The notes under the pieces: model-generated | Databases searched by the model: none | Seen by the model: the letters and a program-made list of their open reading frames with translations, nothing else | What the model was told of the DNA's origin: nothing | Virus record (IMG/VR): IMGVR_UViG_3300015606_001334 | Location: 224,001-288,000 of that record | From: a virus | Lineage: Duplodnaviria; Caudoviricetes | Reading direction: 5' to 3' (one strand) | Length of the DNA: 64,000 nucleotides | Part shown: positions 7,722 to 18,342 of the stretch, one piece after another | Layout of the letters: each line of letters opens with the position of its first letter | How positions within the stretch are numbered: position 1 is the stretch's first letter | Made by a program: the position numbers and the translations under genes

Positions 7722-10586
7722 ATGGACGAAGTTGTCATGGAGACCCAAGGCCTTGTGGGCCAAAAGGGCTTCACTATGAAAAATAGTGTAAAGGCGTTCA
7801 ACATCCTAAGCGATAGCCTTTACATGAACAAAGCTCTTGCTGTGATTCGAGAGTTGAGTACTAACGCTTTTGACGCGCATATTTCAGCAGGAACTCAAGA
7901 CGTTCCATTCGAGATTCATCTACCAAATGAGGTAGCTCCATATTTCTACATTCGAGATTTCGGTACAGGGTTGGATGACGATCAAGTCCTGAACCTGTAC
8001 ACGACCTATTTCGACTCTACGAAATCTGATTCAGTCGACGCGACTGGCGCATTGGGTCTTGGCTCAAAATCTCCTTTCTCGGTAGTCGACGACTTCACCG
8101 TCGTTTCTTACCAAGGTGGAAAGGCTCGCACATACTTCGCTTATAAGAACGAAGAAGGTTTCCCGTGTATCAGCTTTGTTAGCGAAAATGAAGCTGACGA
8201 ACCGAATGGCATGAAGATCCAGTTTGCCGTTCGTCGCGACAAGTACAACGAATTCAAAGTAAATCTGCCAATGGCGATTTACCACTTCAATCCGAAGCCA
8301 GCGATTCTCAACGTCCCGGTAAATGTAGCAAAAGAGAACATCGGTCTTCATGGCGAAGATTGGGAAATCGCAGAAAACAACGGGACTGGCTACTACCTTG
8401 GCGATAAGCCATTCGTAGTGATGGCTAGAATTTCCTACCCAATCGATGTTCTACAGCTTGAGCATCTATTCGACGAAGAAGATCTCTATCTTCTGAGCCT
8501 TTGCAAAGTTCCTCTTCGCATCTACGTCGAAAACCGTCAGGTCGACCATACTCCGTCTCGTGAGCATTTGCAATACACGAAGAAGACCGTTCGTACGATC
8601 CTTGCACACCTGAAAAAGATTCATGAAGCTCTAATGGAGCGAATCAACGAAGAATTCGGTGAGTGTACTTCTATTGCTGAAGTTGAAGAACGCTGTTTCT
8701 TCCTTCGCGAAGTTGACGAGACTAACATCAAGGTTGAGCCATGGAAGTCGATGAAACGATCTTTCGGAATTTCCGAATTCAAGCACTTCGGCAAGCTCTT
8801 CAATCATCCAGTAGACGTGAAGCTCAAAGGAGGTTTGACCACCAAGGTTAACCTCTACAGCCTCCATGAACAAAACCCGAATCATCGGCCAGCACGGACC
8901 GCTGCAGTAACTCTTGGTGAAATCACCGAACAGGGCGTAGCCGCTGAGCATGTTGCTCGGGCATGGCGTCGACTCCTCATCAAAACGATCGATAAATGGC
9001 AGTCTTCTACCAACACGGTTCCTACAGAAGAAGAACTCCTTGAGTCAAGCCAACGGATCGGAAAAGATCTTGAAACGACTCGCAACCAAATTTTGCGCAG
9101 TTTGAAAGAAAAGCTGAAATCTCCGTTGTACGACGCGAACAATGTCAGCTTTACCGAGAAGTTCTTGTCTACGGTTGATGATTTCGGCAACATGAAGGCT
9201 TCGCGGCTGTTCAACACTAAAGCGACGTCAATTAATGTCAGCATCAAGCGCCGCAATATTCGTCTTGGCTTCATTATTGATGACTATCCAAAGGATGTTT
9301 CGGCAAATATCCGCGCAGGTTTCATGCGAGCAGTCAAGCGGAATTATGTTGACTATCTGGTCGTTACTCATGCCCACCGTTCTGGTGGTCGATTTGACAA
9401 AGACGAGATGGCAGCAGTTGAGCTAACCATTAAGCAAATCGCAAAAACTCTCAATGCCGAAGTCATCAAAGCTTCTGAGGTTGATGTTCCTGAGGTCTTC
9501 AAAATTGCAGAACCGAAGACCTACATGTCAAAAAACGAATACTGTGCGTTCAACATTTTGACCTTTGGCGCAGATGAAAAATTACCAAGAGAGGAAAGGT
9601 TCTACGAAACCCCAGCTGACAAGATGGGGAATGATTTCAAACTTCCTGGCTTTGAAGAAAGCAATGTCGTCTACATTCGCAGACAATACAACCAAATGGA
9701 TTTGTTTGGTTCTGAAGGAGACCGAAATCATATTCGACATGAATACAAAGTTGGCGACTCAAGTTTCTTCGAGCTTGCTGAGCTGATCCGTGTTTTCTCT
9801 GCATTCTCTGGCGAGTATCTCCTCAAGGATAAAGTCTTCGTCGTAATCAAGACTAAGTCCCAGTTTGAAAAGGCGCAGAAGGGAAAATGGACTTCCTTTA
9901 CCGATCTTTTGATCAAAACCATCAAGGGTCTAAAGCAAGATAAGCTCGAACAGCTCGTAAGCTTGCTGTCTCTGTCGAATAGAAACGGCATTGCTGAAAT
10001 ATCCAGAACCATCGACGACTTCAATCGATATGCAACAGCTGGCGCTTTCCCAGTCAAGCTGCCTTCAAGCTCAATTGACACAGCAAAGAACTTCCTGTCT
10101 CCGATTTCTGGTTTGACCGCATCTATCTTCTCGACTAGAACTAAGATCATGATGGAAGACCAAAATCTGCAAGATCGGATCAAGCTCGTAAACGATCTTC
10201 CTGATTGCGATTACAAAAAGATTGTCGGATCTGCGGCACAATTCTTTAGTCATTGTGAAAAGCTGAAGGACCGTTCAAAGATCTTTTCTCAATTCTCAAT
10301 GAACACCGAAACCTATGGCTTCGGTCATGATGGAGCCCGCAGTATTCTTGCAGACAGTAAGTACATTTCAAAAATTCTATCGTGGGTTCTTGGTGAAAAT
10401 TACTATGTACTTGCCAAACAATTTATGATACAATGCAAAGATGTAGTTGAGAAATATCCCCTAATCGGCTCCTATGCTTCAAAGTACACGAAGCATGAAT
10501 CTGTTTTCCAAGCAGTGAATTACGAAAGATCAGCCGATCAATTCCCACACATAGTACAATACATCAAACTAGTAGAAGGAGTGTAA
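7722..10586 (+). CDS. rIIA: rIIA-like protein
   Basis: N-terminal GHKL/HATPase motifs (IRELSTNAFDAH, IRDFGTG, GALGLGSKSPF, TPSRE); followed by rIIB. Confidence 0.9.
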   Translation: MDEVVMETQGLVGQKGFTMKNSVKAFNILSDSLYMNKALAVIRELSTNAFDAHISAGTQDVPFEIHLPNEVAPYFYIRDFGTGLDDDQVLNLYTTYFDSTKSDSVDATGALGLGSKSPFSVVDDFTVVSYQGGKARTYFAYKNEEGFPCISFVSENEADEPNGMKIQFAVRRDKYNEFKVNLPMAIYHFNPKPAILNVPVNVAKENIGLHGEDWEIAENNGTGYYLGDKPFVVMARISYPIDVLQLEHLFDEEDLYLLSLCKVPLRIYVENRQVDHTPSREHLQYTKKTVRTILAHLKKIHEALMERINEEFGECTSIAEVEERCFFLREVDETNIKVEPWKSMKRSFGISEFKHFGKLFNHPVDVKLKGGLTTKVNLYSLHEQNPNHRPARTAAVTLGEITEQGVAAEHVARAWRRLLIKTIDKWQSSTNTVPTEEELLESSQRIGKDLETTRNQILRSLKEKLKSPLYDANNVSFTEKFLSTVDDFGNMKASRLFNTKATSINVSIKRRNIRLGFIIDDYPKDVSANIRAGFMRAVKRNYVDYLVVTHAHRSGGRFDKDEMAAVELTIKQIAKTLNAEVIKASEVDVPEVFKIAEPKTYMSKNEYCAFNILTFGADEKLPREERFYETPADKMGNDFKLPGFEESNVVYIRRQYNQMDLFGSEGDRNHIRHEYKVGDSSFFELAELIRVFSAFSGEYLLKDKVFVVIKTKSQFEKAQKGKWTSFTDLLIKTIKGLKQDKLEQLVSLLSLSNRNGIAEISRTIDDFNRYATAGAFPVKLPSSSIDTAKNFLSPISGLTASIFSTRTKIMMEDQNLQDRIKLVNDLPDCDYKKIVGSAAQFFSHCEKLKDRSKIFSQFSMNTETYGFGHDGARSILADSKYISKILSWVLGENYYVLAKQFMIQCKDVVEKYPLIGSYASKYTKHESVFQAVNYERSADQFPHIVQYIKLVEGV

Positions 10587-10587
10587 T

Positions 10588-11712
10588 ATGACTTCAAAAG
10601 TCGCGTATATCGTGAAAGAACAAGGCGTCACCCTATTCAAGGATGGCCGTCAATTCTCTGCGCCAAGTGATTTTTGGTCTTTCAACCGAATCATTGAAAA
10701 GATCAAGAACCGTGATTTCGACGGAATCGAAGATCTATTCAACACTAAGGATGCAGTCCAACGTGTTGAAAAGGAAGTTAGCAAAGAGATTACTGAAACC
10801 ATCGGTGAAGAAGTTCGCATCGTCAATGGTGAAGTTTTTGTTGGTGAACGTAAGGTCTACAATAGCGTAACCAAGCGTTTGGTTAACATGCTTGCTGCAG
10901 GGTTCGACATCAATCCGCTTTCAAATTTCTTAAAGCGTCTGCTCAAGAATCCTTCCAAGACCGCTATCGAAGAATGCTATCCATTCATGGAAAAGGCTGA
11001 CGTTACGATCGACGAAGAAGGCTACATCATCGCCTACAAGAAGGTCAAGGACGACTACTTCGACATTTACTCCGGTACCGTCAATTACAACATTGGCAAT
11101 ATCGTTGAAATGCCTCGTAACGAAGTCGACGACAATCGTGCAAACCTTTGCTCTGATGGTCTACACTTCTGTTCCTTCTCGTACCTTGGTCATTTCGGTG
11201 CTGGTACCGGCAACCGAATCCTAATCGTCAAGGTCGACCCGGCGGACGTGGTTTCTATTCCTGCTGACTACAACGACGCTAAGGCTCGTGCATGTCGTAT
11301 GGAAGTTATCGGCGAAATTGAAGAACAGAAGGATGTTCTTGCTAAGACTCCTGTCTACAAGAAGACTGAATCTGCTCCAGCCAAGCTGATGAATGAAGTT
11401 GAAGAAACTGGAAATGTGGTATTTAGTACCATACCATATTTGGTCACAGATTACAAGTTTAGCGAAAGACTCAGCCAGAAGGCTGGTCGACAGCTCAATG
11501 TCATCTTCAAACAAGATGAAGATTTTCAAAATGAAACATTGAAAAACCTAACTGACGTTTACAACAACTTGGTTTCGGTTTATAATGTCATTCAAGATGA
11601 AGAACGCAGACCAACTATCGCAATGTTCAAATGCTCAAAAATTGACGCAATCGACCGCATCATCAACCTTAGCGGTGACATTGCAGTTTGGTACTCAAAA
11701 CTAACCGATTAA
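10588..11712 (+). CDS. rIIB: rIIB-like protein
   Basis: NPS, IAYKKV..DY.DIYSG, EMPRNEVDDN, CSDGLHFCS..YL, VKVDPADVVSIP.DYN..KAR. Confidence 0.92.
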   Translation: MTSKVAYIVKEQGVTLFKDGRQFSAPSDFWSFNRIIEKIKNRDFDGIEDLFNTKDAVQRVEKEVSKEITETIGEEVRIVNGEVFVGERKVYNSVTKRLVNMLAAGFDINPLSNFLKRLLKNPSKTAIEECYPFMEKADVTIDEEGYIIAYKKVKDDYFDIYSGTVNYNIGNIVEMPRNEVDDNRANLCSDGLHFCSFSYLGHFGAGTGNRILIVKVDPADVVSIPADYNDAKARACRMEVIGEIEEQKDVLAKTPVYKKTESAPAKLMNEVEETGNVVFSTIPYLVTDYKFSERLSQKAGRQLNVIFKQDEDFQNETLKNLTDVYNNLVSVYNVIQDEERRPTIAMFKCSKIDAIDRIINLSGDIAVWYSKLTD

Positions 11713-11723
11713 AAGGAAATTCG

Positions 11724-12725
11724 ATGACTCCCATTGCTCCCCACTCTGTTGATCTTCTCGTAACTGGCTGGATTCAAGAAAACGATCTGGTCTATGTCAA
11801 GCTTGCTACTGGAAAGTATCAGCTTGGTGAAAAGATCTTCGACGTTCCCTACAATGGTGGGGAGCAAATCATCGACTTGGATCAAATTGAGAACCTCAAA
11901 AAGATCCATCAAGAACGCCGTTTGTCGCAGTACCAAAATGTCGACACGAAGGAATTTTCCAGCGTCGAAGATTACATTCTTCGTCGTCAAGGATTGGATG
12001 TAAAGCAATGGGATGAGACGAAAGAAATGGACGTTTGGCCGTCCATTACTGCTCGTCATGCATTCGAGCTGTTTACCGCTCTTTGGCAGCCAGTTTACGA
12101 AAACATCACGACTTTCCAGAATGTCAAGATCGTGGTAGAAGGTGAAGCTCCAAAAAACGACCATCCGTTCATCAAGCCGATTCGCAAGATTTCTGGCGAT
12201 TTGACGAATACTCTGTACACCTACGCAAAACTGTCTCATGTTATTTCGTTGGTGGAACACTTCTTCAAGAAGAACGGATACCGCCTGCTCGACCAAGAGC
12301 CTCCTTCGATGGGCAATCCGAAGGATATGGATCGCACTTACTGGTTGAAGGGCGGCGGACTAGAATTTTCTCGAATGTTTCCGTCTCGCGAAGCTGGTTC
12401 CAAGTACATCACCATTGAAATTCCTGGCTTGAAGCAGTACGAAAAGATCACGGGTCGTTTTACTGGAACGTATGATCAAATGGAAGCGTACTTCAAGGCT
12501 ACTGAAGAAGAAGTTCGAGCCATCCTTGGTTCTTACTTCAACAAGACTAGCTATTTGGAAACTATCGACAAGACAACTATCGGTGAAGCTTTGAACGGCC
12601 TTGAAACTTTGGCCCGTTTGATTCGTAACGTCGACTCAATGAAGAAAACCCAATCAGAATACCGCGAGGCGTGTCGCCAAGCAGATTCCCTCATTAAAAT
12701 GTTTAGAAAGGCAGCAAGCGAATGA
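11724..12725 (+). CDS. Hypothetical protein
   Basis: Long ORF with AAGGA SD before the ATG at 11724. Confidence 0.8.
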   Translation: MTPIAPHSVDLLVTGWIQENDLVYVKLATGKYQLGEKIFDVPYNGGEQIIDLDQIENLKKIHQERRLSQYQNVDTKEFSSVEDYILRRQGLDVKQWDETKEMDVWPSITARHAFELFTALWQPVYENITTFQNVKIVVEGEAPKNDHPFIKPIRKISGDLTNTLYTYAKLSHVISLVEHFFKKNGYRLLDQEPPSMGNPKDMDRTYWLKGGGLEFSRMFPSREAGSKYITIEIPGLKQYEKITGRFTGTYDQMEAYFKATEEEVRAILGSYFNKTSYLETIDKTTIGEALNGLETLARLIRNVDSMKKTQSEYREACRQADSLIKMFRKAASE

Positions 12726-12949
12726 CATCAACTCACGTTGAAGTAAAAGGTACCGTGGTCCAAGGAGTAGAATCTCCTTCCTTGGATTTTCTCAAATCTG
12801 AAAAATGTACGAAGGCCCAACTCCAGGCAGCCTTGGTTCAACTGATCGAAATCGTGAACATGAACCAAATCGATTATCGTAAGTGGGCTGACCATGTCGA
12901 TGCCACCCTGGAAAATAAGCAAGATAAGCCGATTACCTTCGGGAGATAA
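12722..12949 (+). CDS. Hypothetical protein
   Basis: ATGA overlap with the upstream gene. Confidence 0.7.
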   Translation: MTSTHVEVKGTVVQGVESPSLDFLKSEKCTKAQLQAALVQLIEIVNMNQIDYRKWADHVDATLENKQDKPITFGR

Positions 12950-12951
12950 GC

Positions 12952-13275
12952 GTGCAGGTATGTAACACGCTCAATATCGTCACGAACTCGAATGGAATAG
13001 TTCGAGTTTATGCAGATGGTGGTATGGTTTTTGAAATCCAAGCAAGCTACGTGAAGACGGAAAGCTTCGTGGACTGCGATAAGCCTACTGCCTCTGGCAC
13101 GGTTCCAAAGGCTAAAAAGGCTTCACCTGTACCTGAAGAAAAACCGGCACCAAAAGGTCGGATCATGCTTGAGGATGGAGATTTTGAACCAATGTCTGCA
13201 GATGAAAAATGGAGACGTGCTAATTGGGACATCCAGCCTGAAGCACAACACGAACGTATGATGAGAAATCGATAA
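12952..13275 (+). CDS. Hypothetical protein
   Basis: GTG start with GGGAG SD, in operon. Confidence 0.7.
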   Translation: MQVCNTLNIVTNSNGIVRVYADGGMVFEIQASYVKTESFVDCDKPTASGTVPKAKKASPVPEEKPAPKGRIMLEDGDFEPMSADEKWRRANWDIQPEAQHERMMRNR

Positions 13276-13283
13276 GGAAAAAC

Positions 13284-13550
13284 ATGAAACTACTAGGAAT
13301 TTTGATTGCTATTGCGGGCGTTCTAACCGGCGTCTATGTTGGTTTTTGGGTACTGTTTGTCGGCGGAATTGTCGACATCATTTATGCCATTAAGGCTCCA
13401 GTTACCGAGGCTTCAGCAATTGGTTTTGCGGTGCTTAAAATCTTTTTCGCCGGCCTTGCGGGTGGCGTCATTGCATGGGTCGGTATCGCAATTGGCGCAG
13501 TGTTCGGCTTTACCACTTCGTACAAGTTCCGTTATCGTCACCGTCGATAA
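13284..13550 (+). CDS. Small membrane protein (2 TM helices, basic C-terminus)
   Basis: Two long hydrophobic stretches; AAGGA SD. Confidence 0.75.
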   Translation: MKLLGILIAIAGVLTGVYVGFWVLFVGGIVDIIYAIKAPVTEASAIGFAVLKIFFAGLAGGVIAWVGIAIGAVFGFTTSYKFRYRHRR

Positions 13551-13562
13551 TCAGAAGAGCGT

Positions 13563-13598
13563 AAAAGAAAAGGGAGTCTTTCGACTCCCTTTTTATTT
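13563..13598. terminator. Bidirectional intrinsic terminator
   Basis: aaaAGGGAGTC-tttc-GACTCCCTtttt between convergent genes. Confidence 0.85.
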
Positions 13599-13611
13599 GC
13601 CTCGTTAAAGC

Positions 13612-14025
13612 TTAATCTAGGAAGATTACGCGGGCGACGCCTGACTGTGCGTTAGTGAAAGTGATACGAATAGTATTTGCATCAACGATCTGTGTAGTGT
13701 CAGGGATTAGAACGTAGTTGTTCTCATCGAAGCACTGAACGATAACGTCATCATAACCGAGATTATGATTGATAGTCCAAATGGTCTGAGGCTCAGTGAT
13801 AGTCAAAATGGCCTTCTTCATGCCGCTTGCGACAAGAGAAGTAACCGAAATTGCTTGTAGTTGACCGTTCTGATAACCTAGAACTTGACCTTCACCAATG
13901 GTAATTGCATCAAATTGGCGTGGGCCGCTACCACGACGAATAATGACGGTTTCCTGAGGAACATCGCTATTCAAATAGCCACGTTTTGGAAGTTCTGTCT
14001 GGATAAAATCCTCAAATGCGCTCAT
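13612..14025 (-). CDS. Virion structural/fibre-associated protein
   Basis: WTINHNLG..VIVQCFD...NTIRITF...SGVA domain typical of phage fibre modules. Confidence 0.6.
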   Translation of the reverse strand: MSAFEDFIQTELPKRGYLNSDVPQETVIIRRGSGPRQFDAITIGEGQVLGYQNGQLQAISVTSLVASGMKKAILTITEPQTIWTINHNLGYDDVIVQCFDENNYVLIPDTTQIVDANTIRITFTNAQSGVARVIFLD

Positions 14026-15665
14026 TATACGGCCTCGCTAATATCTACCTGTAGAGTACCAGAGGTGTTAGCACCTGCGTACGCTTGGTCAGTAATGAAT
14101 AGGTAACCACCGTTGACGTTGTAGTTTCCAGCAGCATCAGTAATTGTGAAGCCTTGGAATGCGTTTGCAGTGGAGTTCTGTAGGGTTAGGTTGTTTGCAG
14201 TGCCGGTGTACTTAGCAGTAACCTTAGCAATGTTTGCAACTGGAGTACCGATCGCAGCAAGCTGAGAGAATGCAGCGAAGGTTAGGGTTCTAGTTGCGAA
14301 ACCACCAACCACATAAGCTGCACCAGAAGTAATGGTGTTACCAGTTACACCTGCGAGGTTAGGTAGTGATAGTCCAGAGAAGTTGAAGGAACCCTTAGCG
14401 TCGGTATCCTTGATCACTAGAGTGCGAGACCAAGTTGTACCTGAACCAGTCCAAGAACCAGACCATGTTCCGCTTGGAGCGGTTAGAGATGGTGCAGCAT
14501 TTAGAGATTGGTTTGCAGTAATGGTTACAGTGTAAGACTGACCAGCAGCAGAAGAAATCAATCTAGCTGGAGAACCAGTGATAGTGATTGCTGCAGTTGG
14601 AGCAGTATCAGCGATCGAAATAGCTGCTGAACGGGTAGAAACTGCGCCGTTAGAAGCCTTAGTTGCAGTGATGGTGTAGTTGTTTACGCCAGTTACGTAA
14701 CCACCAGAAGCACGGGTAACAGACTTACCAGCTGCGTAAGTGTTTGGAGATGCAACGGTTAGGTTAGCGGAGGAGGTGTATGCTACAGTATCAGCGTTGG
14801 TGATAGTAGAAGAAACGGTTGCGGTTTCAGTACCCTTCAACGCAGACTGACCAGCTGGGTAAGCAATAGTGATAGTGCCAATAGTTGGTGCAGTTTGGTT
14901 TAGAGTTACAGAGTTACCGGAAGTAACGGTAGTACCGAAAGTTCCTAGAGCATTCTTAGCTCTTGCGGAAATGGTTTGAGCACCGGAGCCAGAACCGACA
15001 ACGAAGGTACCGGAGAAAGTACGGTTACCAGAACCTGCAGAACCAGTTGCGCCAAGAGTCATAGAAGACAATGCAGAAGCTGCGCCACCAGCGATAACTT
15101 CAACGTAGGTTGCATCATTTGGAACAACACCAGAAACTTGAACCACGTCGCCAGACTTGACTTCAGTTTGTGAACCTGGTAGAGCGCCGATGGTTAGAGC
15201 GCCGACGACTGGACCAGCGCCTGCTAGGTGAACAAGACCAGAAGCGGTAGCACCAGTAGAGGAAACCACATTGATTGTGGTATCACCAGCTGGGATAGTT
15301 AAGTTTGCGACACCTGTGTAAACGCGAGAAGAGTCAGAAGCAATTTTGGTTAGGGTTGCCTGAACTCCGTTTACCGTAACGGTTGGAGAATAGAATGCAT
15401 TTCCGCCTTCTGCAAAAATCTTAACGGTGATGTTCGCGTTGTCTGAAGTAGCTTCAGTTAGGACTGCATTTGCTGGAACAGTGTTTGGATCGTAAATCTT
15501 TTGTGCGACAATACCCGAAGATTGAGGAACGATGTCAGTAATGTAGACATTACCAACAATAACGGTCCCTAGGCCTGCGGAAAGCTTATTGTCAACGTAT
15601 TCTTTTGACGCGACACCCAACGGTAGTGTTGGATCGCTATCGACAATTGGAGCAAATAGTTTCAT
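14025..15665 (-). CDS. Thr/Ser/Ala/Gly-rich beta-sandwich (Ig-like) fibre or decoration protein
   Basis: ASKEYVD fibre motif, beta-rich low-charge composition; late promoter at 15697..15703. Confidence 0.65.
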   Translation of the reverse strand: MKLFAPIVDSDPTLPLGVASKEYVDNKLSAGLGTVIVGNVYITDIVPQSSGIVAQKIYDPNTVPANAVLTEATSDNANITVKIFAEGGNAFYSPTVTVNGVQATLTKIASDSSRVYTGVANLTIPAGDTTINVVSSTGATASGLVHLAGAGPVVGALTIGALPGSQTEVKSGDVVQVSGVVPNDATYVEVIAGGAASALSSMTLGATGSAGSGNRTFSGTFVVGSGSGAQTISARAKNALGTFGTTVTSGNSVTLNQTAPTIGTITIAYPAGQSALKGTETATVSSTITNADTVAYTSSANLTVASPNTYAAGKSVTRASGGYVTGVNNYTITATKASNGAVSTRSAAISIADTAPTAAITITGSPARLISSAAGQSYTVTITANQSLNAAPSLTAPSGTWSGSWTGSGTTWSRTLVIKDTDAKGSFNFSGLSLPNLAGVTGNTITSGAAYVVGGFATRTLTFAAFSQLAAIGTPVANIAKVTAKYTGTANNLTLQNSTANAFQGFTITDAAGNYNVNGGYLFITDQAYAGANTSGTLQVDISEAV

Positions 15666-15718
15666 AGATAGGTCTCTTTAAAAGGCTGGTTGATGATATT
15701 TATCTTTATGATTCTGTT

Positions 15719-16744
15719 TTATAGTTTACCCGCTGCTTTCAAATCCTTAGAAATACCGGTGGTAATCACTTTAGGATCTGAAAGGTCGATGCTCCTAAGA
15801 ACATCTAAATACTGCTGATACTCAGGGTGTGCAGGATTTCCGATGTATTTATGACTAAACTCAGCATCAGTGCCAGTTCTAAAGTCAACAATCATATCGA
15901 AGAAGATTCCATCTGCACCAACACGATGTCCAAGTTCGATAAACTTTGGAATCTCTTTGTAATTTGCTTGTTGTACAACAAAGAGGATCGTGAACATTCC
16001 AACTTGACCTCTCTTCTTTTTATGCTTTACGAAAAAGAGATTTTTGATTAGCTCTTTCCAACTACCGCCTTGACGAGTATAGGAATAAGTTTCTTCTGTT
16101 GCTGCGTCTATACTTATGCTGACATTTCTAACTCGATCTTGCAAGCCAATTTTGTTCCAAGTTCTTCTGTTTAGAAGCTGGGCATTGCTATGTAAATCAA
16201 AATTAATGTGGGCATACTCTGGAGAATTAACAACTTCCTTCATGACGTTAATGAAGTGCTTGCTTGCGAAGGGCTCTCCGCTCCCAGATATGTGTAGGGT
16301 TTTTAGAGTTGGCATCCAAGGTCTAACACCTGACTCATAGTAGACTTTGAATTTTTCTTGAGAAGCATCATCATTGTAGATGTTCTTAGTATTTCTGCAA
16401 GAAGGACAAACCAAATTGCATGAAATATCGTAAGACAGCTTTATTGATTCAGGCTTCTTTTCGAGGTATTCATCAACATTTACTGAGTCTCTATCCAATA
16501 AGCCAACATCATTTGCTAATCTTGGACAAAATTCACGAGAGCAATATTTGTAGTCACCATCAATGACAGACCTACGAATTTCTTTTGCCCTTGGTGAATT
16601 CCAAATTTCTTCAGGTGAGTGCCTGAAAATATTTCCGAGAGGAATACTTAGCCACTTTTGACAGCAAAAGTAAACGTCTCCGGACCTGTTCAGCTCCATG
16701 TTGGTGAATGGACGGGTACAGAATTTCTTAGTAAGATCTATCAT
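15719..16744 (-). CDS. Radical SAM protein with N-terminal SPASM/twitch-like domain
   Basis: CNLVCPSC (CxxxCxxC) and SGSGEPF. N-terminal C..PF...GDVYFCC...LGNI...EIWNS...C...C. Confidence 0.85.
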   Translation of the reverse strand: MIDLTKKFCTRPFTNMELNRSGDVYFCCQKWLSIPLGNIFRHSPEEIWNSPRAKEIRRSVIDGDYKYCSREFCPRLANDVGLLDRDSVNVDEYLEKKPESIKLSYDISCNLVCPSCRNTKNIYNDDASQEKFKVYYESGVRPWMPTLKTLHISGSGEPFASKHFINVMKEVVNSPEYAHINFDLHSNAQLLNRRTWNKIGLQDRVRNVSISIDAATEETYSYTRQGGSWKELIKNLFFVKHKKKRGQVGMFTILFVVQQANYKEIPKFIELGHRVGADGIFFDMIVDFRTGTDAEFSHKYIGNPAHPEYQQYLDVLRSIDLSDPKVITTGISKDLKAAGKL

Positions 16745-16755
16745 TATTCTCTCAT

Positions 16756-16788
16756 AAAAAATGACGCCGCTGGGACGTCATTCTTTTT
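16756..16788 (-). terminator. Intrinsic terminator after the tail tube gene
   Basis: Minus strand AATGACGTC-ccagc-GGCGTCATT followed by a T-tract. Confidence 0.7.
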
Positions 16789-16794
16789 GATTGA

Positions 16795-17388
16795 TTAGGT
16801 AGCGTGGCCGCCGATAGCAGTGCCGTAACCTTGACCTGCAAGCTCTTGGTAAGCGTGGTCGAAGCGAATAGTTAGGCTGATCTGAGCTGCTTCAGATGCT
16901 GCGTAATCCATTTCACCCCAATCACAAGCTTGAATGAAACAACCTTCCATCTTCCAGGTTTCAACAACTGCTTCATTGCCGTCTAGCAATTCTAGCTTCA
17001 TTGCGAACTTGTAACCAGATGCGGTTGGTTCTGCATTCAACCACTGACCATTTGCAGAGTCTGCACCGATCAAACGTTGTTGGGTTTCTAGTTGTTGTTG
17101 AACAACGGTAGCTGCTAGACCAGTGATGTCATCTTCAACGGTTAGGCTTAGAGATTCCCAAGAATGCTTGCCTGCGACGTAAGCGGTAGAGTTGTAACGA
17201 TCTAGCTTAACTTCTTCGAAGGATAGGTTTGGACGGGAAACAGTGACTGCCTGCGCGGTTAGATCTTTACCGTTACCATTTGCAGCCTTAGCGATACCGA
17301 TAAAGCGGACTTGCCAACGGTTCTTTAGTTTTGGTGCTAGGATACCAGCGCCGGAGCCTGGGATACCCATTTGTGATAATGTTGCCAT
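16795..17388 (-). CDS. gp19: Tail tube protein, gp19-like
   Basis: RPNLSFEEV, YVAGKHSWE, W.MEGCFI...DWGEMDY, ISLTIRFD; strong SD; late promoter at 17440..17446. Confidence 0.85.
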   Translation of the reverse strand: MATLSQMGIPGSGAGILAPKLKNRWQVRFIGIAKAANGNGKDLTAQAVTVSRPNLSFEEVKLDRYNSTAYVAGKHSWESLSLTVEDDITGLAATVVQQQLETQQRLIGADSANGQWLNAEPTASGYKFAMKLELLDGNEAVVETWKMEGCFIQACDWGEMDYAASEAAQISLTIRFDHAYQELAGQGYGTAIGGHAT

Positions 17389-17541
17389 TGTGTATTCTCC
17401 ACTTAAAAGTAAGGGTTAAAACGTGTCTTTACGTTTTGGTATTTATTTGAATTGGGAATAATTGGTCAATTTCCGAGGGTTTCACATTTCCTCTTTCGTG
17501 TGTTTTCGAATAAATATAGATTATTGTGTCATTTGATCGTC

Positions 17542-18342
17542 ATGAAACTCTCTTCCCTGCTTGAAGCAAAACAACCAAAACGTTGGCTTACTGAACCGTC
17601 AGAAATTGCATCCTACATAGGGGAAGCAAGATTAGGGGTAGTCAGCGACTATCAAGTAAACAAAGATGGGACTGTTGATTTCTTTGGCGATGTCTTGTAT
17701 GATGCTGCGATATTCGAGGATCTATACAAGAATGAAAAGTTTCCACATTTCGCAAATACTCTCCCTCTAAAGTTTGGAACAGTGGATGGACAGTTTAATA
17801 TCTCTCGTCTAAGATTGAAAACATTAGAAGGTTGTCCAACTGACATAACTGGAATGTTCAATGCTTCATATAACATTTTTTCAGACCTTAAAGGCGGGCC
17901 AAAAAGAGTTGGTGGGGATTACTATGCAAGCTATAATCCAGAACTAAAGTCATTGGAAGGCTTGGCTGAAATTGTCGTAAAAACCCTCAACTTTACGGCA
18001 ACTAGCATTTCAGAAGACGATCTAAAATATCTTCCAGAGAAAATTGATTCGCTACGAATTGGTCAATGTCCAAATATCAAATCGTTGGCTGACATCGACA
18101 AATATGTCAAAGAGGCAAAACGAACAATAAGCCTATCTGATAATTCTTTGGAGCGAAATATCCTAGGACTTCTTAAGATCAAAGGACTAACTGCTCTACA
18201 ATATGGATTCCCGTCTGGTAAACCATCCGATAAGGCCCTCGAAATCATCGATAAATATCTTCCAGTTAAGGATGCTAACGCATTGCTAGACTGTCAAGAC
18301 GAACTTATCGACGCAGGACTATCGGAATATGCCAGAATATAA
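17542..18342 (+). CDS. LRR-like paralog family member (long form)
   Basis: Start at 17542 (MKLSSLLE|A) after ATAAATA at 17510..17516. About 22-aa LxxLxGxPxxVxGxF repeats; ends LLDCQDELIDAGLSEYARI. Confidence 0.8.
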   Translation: MKLSSLLEAKQPKRWLTEPSEIASYIGEARLGVVSDYQVNKDGTVDFFGDVLYDAAIFEDLYKNEKFPHFANTLPLKFGTVDGQFNISRLRLKTLEGCPTDITGMFNASYNIFSDLKGGPKRVGGDYYASYNPELKSLEGLAEIVVKTLNFTATSISEDDLKYLPEKIDSLRIGQCPNIKSLADIDKYVKEAKRTISLSDNSLERNILGLLKIKGLTALQYGFPSGKPSDKALEIIDKYLPVKDANALLDCQDELIDAGLSEYARI